From: Dipteris shenzhenensis
Taxonomy: Eukaryota
Length of the DNA stretch: 64,000 bases
NCBI GenBank assembly: GCA_047967505.1
Contig: CM106538.1
Strand: one strand, 5' to 3'
Shown piece by piece: positions 61,051 to 64,000 of the stretch; position 1 is the stretch's first letter; each line of letters opens with the position of its first letter. The notes beneath the pieces are model-generated. The model worked only from the letters and a program-made list of their open reading frames with translations, was not told where the DNA came from and did not search any database. The translations under genes and the position numbers were made by a program.

Positions 61051-62689
61051 AGAGGGTCATTTGGTGATGAATCAACCCATAAAGATGTCCATTACCACAT
61101 GGACCAACATTCAAGCATCGACCTCAACATCTCTTCCTCTACAAAAGCCACACCAAGCAAAGATGACAAAGAAGAAGAGCAGCCAAGCAAATGTGGGTTT
61201 GAAAGGATCCCAAGGGTACTTTGAAGGTGAATCATAGATTTGGATTCCAACGAATGCTTAACATCAAAGTCACCCCATCATGTAAACAAGAAATCTCAAC
61301 GTCAAAGAAAAAAATGATGCCATCCAACAAGGAAGGTACAATACCTTGGGTTACCACAACATTGCTAGAGGCCCAAGGATATTACCTTGGAAACATGTAT
61401 ATTTGGATACCCAAGGTAATAGGTGTAACAAGATCACCTTCATCATCTTCAAGCAACAATGATAATGTGCTCTAAAAAGAGTAGAATAAAGATTCTAAAA
61501 GAATGGAGGCCAAATCCTCTAAAATCGTCATCATCAACAAATGAGGGGCAACCATCAAATTCAAGCCTACCGATGATAAAAAATCAAAGTAAATATTGGA
61601 GAGTAAAACCACAAGGACCTATCTTGAAAAAGGTAGAACCACAAGAACCTGCTTGTAAGGACAATGGATAAGCACGAAGACAGGAGGATCACACACAAAG
61701 GACATCCTCTACCTCCTATCAAGTAGTTACACAAGAACCTGTTTAAAAAGAGAGAAAGTAACATAGGAATAGACTCAACCACTAGCCTATCAAAACGTCC
61801 TTGTATTCATTGCATCATCTTCATGACAAACAGAAGCTACACAAGAAAATGTTTCCAAAAACGAGATAGTAGCACAAGAACTTGCCATGAAAAGAATGGG
61901 ATCTACTTTGGGAGATACACAAGAATCTTCCTTAGTGAGAAATTCAACATCAATATTCATGGCACCTACACCAAAACCTGTCACACAAACTATGCCATAC
62001 ATGGTGGAAGTCATGCAAGAACCTTCCAATGTGAATGATGAATTATATTCATTGATAACTTTCTCAACAAAAATAGAAGATCTCCGAGACGTTGCAGTCC
62101 TACTCACATTTGCTACAAAGAACATATATCACTTTATTACAAGGATACAATGAATTAGGAACCTGTAAGAGGATGTAATTGACAAAGATACAAGAAGTTG
62201 GGATCAGGAAGTAACTATTGCAGCCCAAGGATATTATGATTGCAACACTCAAATGTGGATCCCTAAGCCTCATCAACACAACAACCCACCTTCTCTTATT
62301 TTGCCTGAAAGGCAACTTCATCCCTCTATAGCCATAATAGTTAGAGTGGAGACCCTAAAAGTTTGAGCCTACAATACCAACAGTGAAGAATACACTGGCA
62401 GTAGCTACATGCGAACCTGCTCCTAAAAATGGAGTAGTGACACAAGAACCTACTGCAGAGAGAAGCCTACCAATGAGGTCTGATATAGAAGTGCGTCCTA
62501 GTGTTGATTCCCTCGAATATAGGAACAACATTGATCATGCTTACTACCCACATCAGGTAGACCAAGGACCATCTGTTCTCAAGAAACTGATGTAGTGCTT
62601 CAACATTCAAGTGACCAAAACCAAAATTCCATAGGTCACGGTGAAGGGAGGACATGACCAAGGAAAGAGCGGACAAGGCATAAATCTCT

Positions 62690-63925
62690 TGATTCACCAT
62701 ACTAGTTTGAACTTGGCTGGTAGCTTTATCCATGACCTCCACAAAGTGTTCATCGAATAGGATAGTAGGTAGCAATCTCATACGTAGACAATAGATTAAA
62801 GCCAAGGGAGGGAAGAAACAGTACCCTGGGAGAGTGCATCCCTCCTTTGCTATTGGGGATAATGTCGAGATTGCCTTCATCACATACTTTAATGATAGAA
62901 TTATAACTGATACAAATATCCCCCCTTGAAATCACAAAATTTGTGAATATGATTGGAGAAGGGCTCATGTTATGAGATGCCCCACTTAGAACAATCCAAG
63001 TCCTGGAATCTTTAGCTTGAAGAGCCATGACTCCCTCTCTAATAGAGGAAGCCAGAGAATCAATAATTTCAATGTGAAAATAGGCAACAGTAATGGCTAT
63101 AGAGGAGGAACTGGTACCCTTATTGGTTGTCCATAGGGGGCACTTCCTCTAGTAGTGGCCTTTTTTGCCACAATGATTACGTCAACGCTCCACCTTGAGT
63201 GCTTCCTTCTCTGCTTCTGTCCTCATATCAGGGGTCCAACAACTTTGATTCTTTCCTTGCTCTGTGGAGCTAGTAGATCATCGGAGCCACCACTATGGGA
63301 GGAAGTCTGAAATCTCTCCTCTTGATCTAGCACCATTGGTACCAAATTCTTCCCAGGTCAAGGTGTTCCTGCCGCTAGTGATTAATGACAAATAGAAGGT
63401 ATACTACTATGAAGTCAAGTGAGAGATTAGGGTAATGGCCATATCCTTGGAGGAAATTTCTTTTCCAGCTTGACGAATCTCTTGTTGAAGTTCTTAAAGC
63501 TTATTGATATGCTCCCGCATTGATCAAGACTTGGTAGGACCCAACAACCACATCTAAACTTCAAGAGAAACCCTCTTTATGGGGGAAGTCCTATTATATA
63601 AGAGTGTCAAGTGTTCCCAAATACTTTTGGCAACCGTCATATGCTTTACATTATTTATAATTTGAGGAGTACAATTCAAAAAAAATGAAAGAATGTACCC
63701 TTGCATTGACTCTGTCCTAGAGCTGAGCCAAATACTTGATCTAGGATACTTAAAACCTTTGCAAGGGTGTATGGCCGTTCGACACCCACCAGAATGAAGT
63801 CTGGTAAGTCATAGGACTAAAATGGACTCCATTATGACATGCCAAACACCATAGTTGCTCCTATCTAGCTGACTATCTACAAGAACATGGGTAATACTAG
63901 AATCTTTACCTTATTCTCTGCCATC
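62690..63925 (-). mobile_element. Degenerate Ty1/copia gag-protease
   Basis: NYGVW gag start, UBN2-like MREHINKL...MAITLISHL, knuckle HCGKKGHY*RKCP, protease WIVLSGASHNM...VLFLPSLGFNLLS. Confidence 0.85.
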
Positions 63926-64000
63926 TCTATTAGGGAAACCATTTGGATAGAAGTGGAATAAACGAGCGAAGTTGGGGGGAGGGTAAGAGAAAGAGGTATG

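Overview
Eukaryotic, TE-rich plant nuclear DNA. The long TE-filled introns, a PLS-type PPR pseudogene and the retroelement types suggest a non-seed vascular plant such as a fern; this is inference. One intact-looking host gene is present: an ARG1/AtJ15-family DnaJ gene on the minus strand. Ten exons can be traced between 24745 and 7289, the last exon is not found in the window, one intron is GC-AG, and a 12-kb intron is packed with nested retroelements. Its promoter and exon 1 are copied twice more, at about 39.4-40.35 kb and 59.1-59.9 kb. The rest is LINE, Ty1/copia and Ty3/gypsy debris plus one structurally complete chromovirus (11616-17990, TSD CAAAG). The standout is a complete 12.6-kb Sola2-like DNA transposon (44380-57024; 29-bp TIRs, TSD TAAG) inserted in a gypsy LTR. 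It carries a spliced DDD transposase gene and a convergent spliced accessory gene with a RING-H2 finger that the ORF track misses. Between the two genes lie about 15.5 copies of a ~185-bp tandem repeat, and arrays of the palindrome ATACCTCGATCGAGGTAT sit upstream of both genes. Family assignments come from motif recognition by eye; no searches were run.
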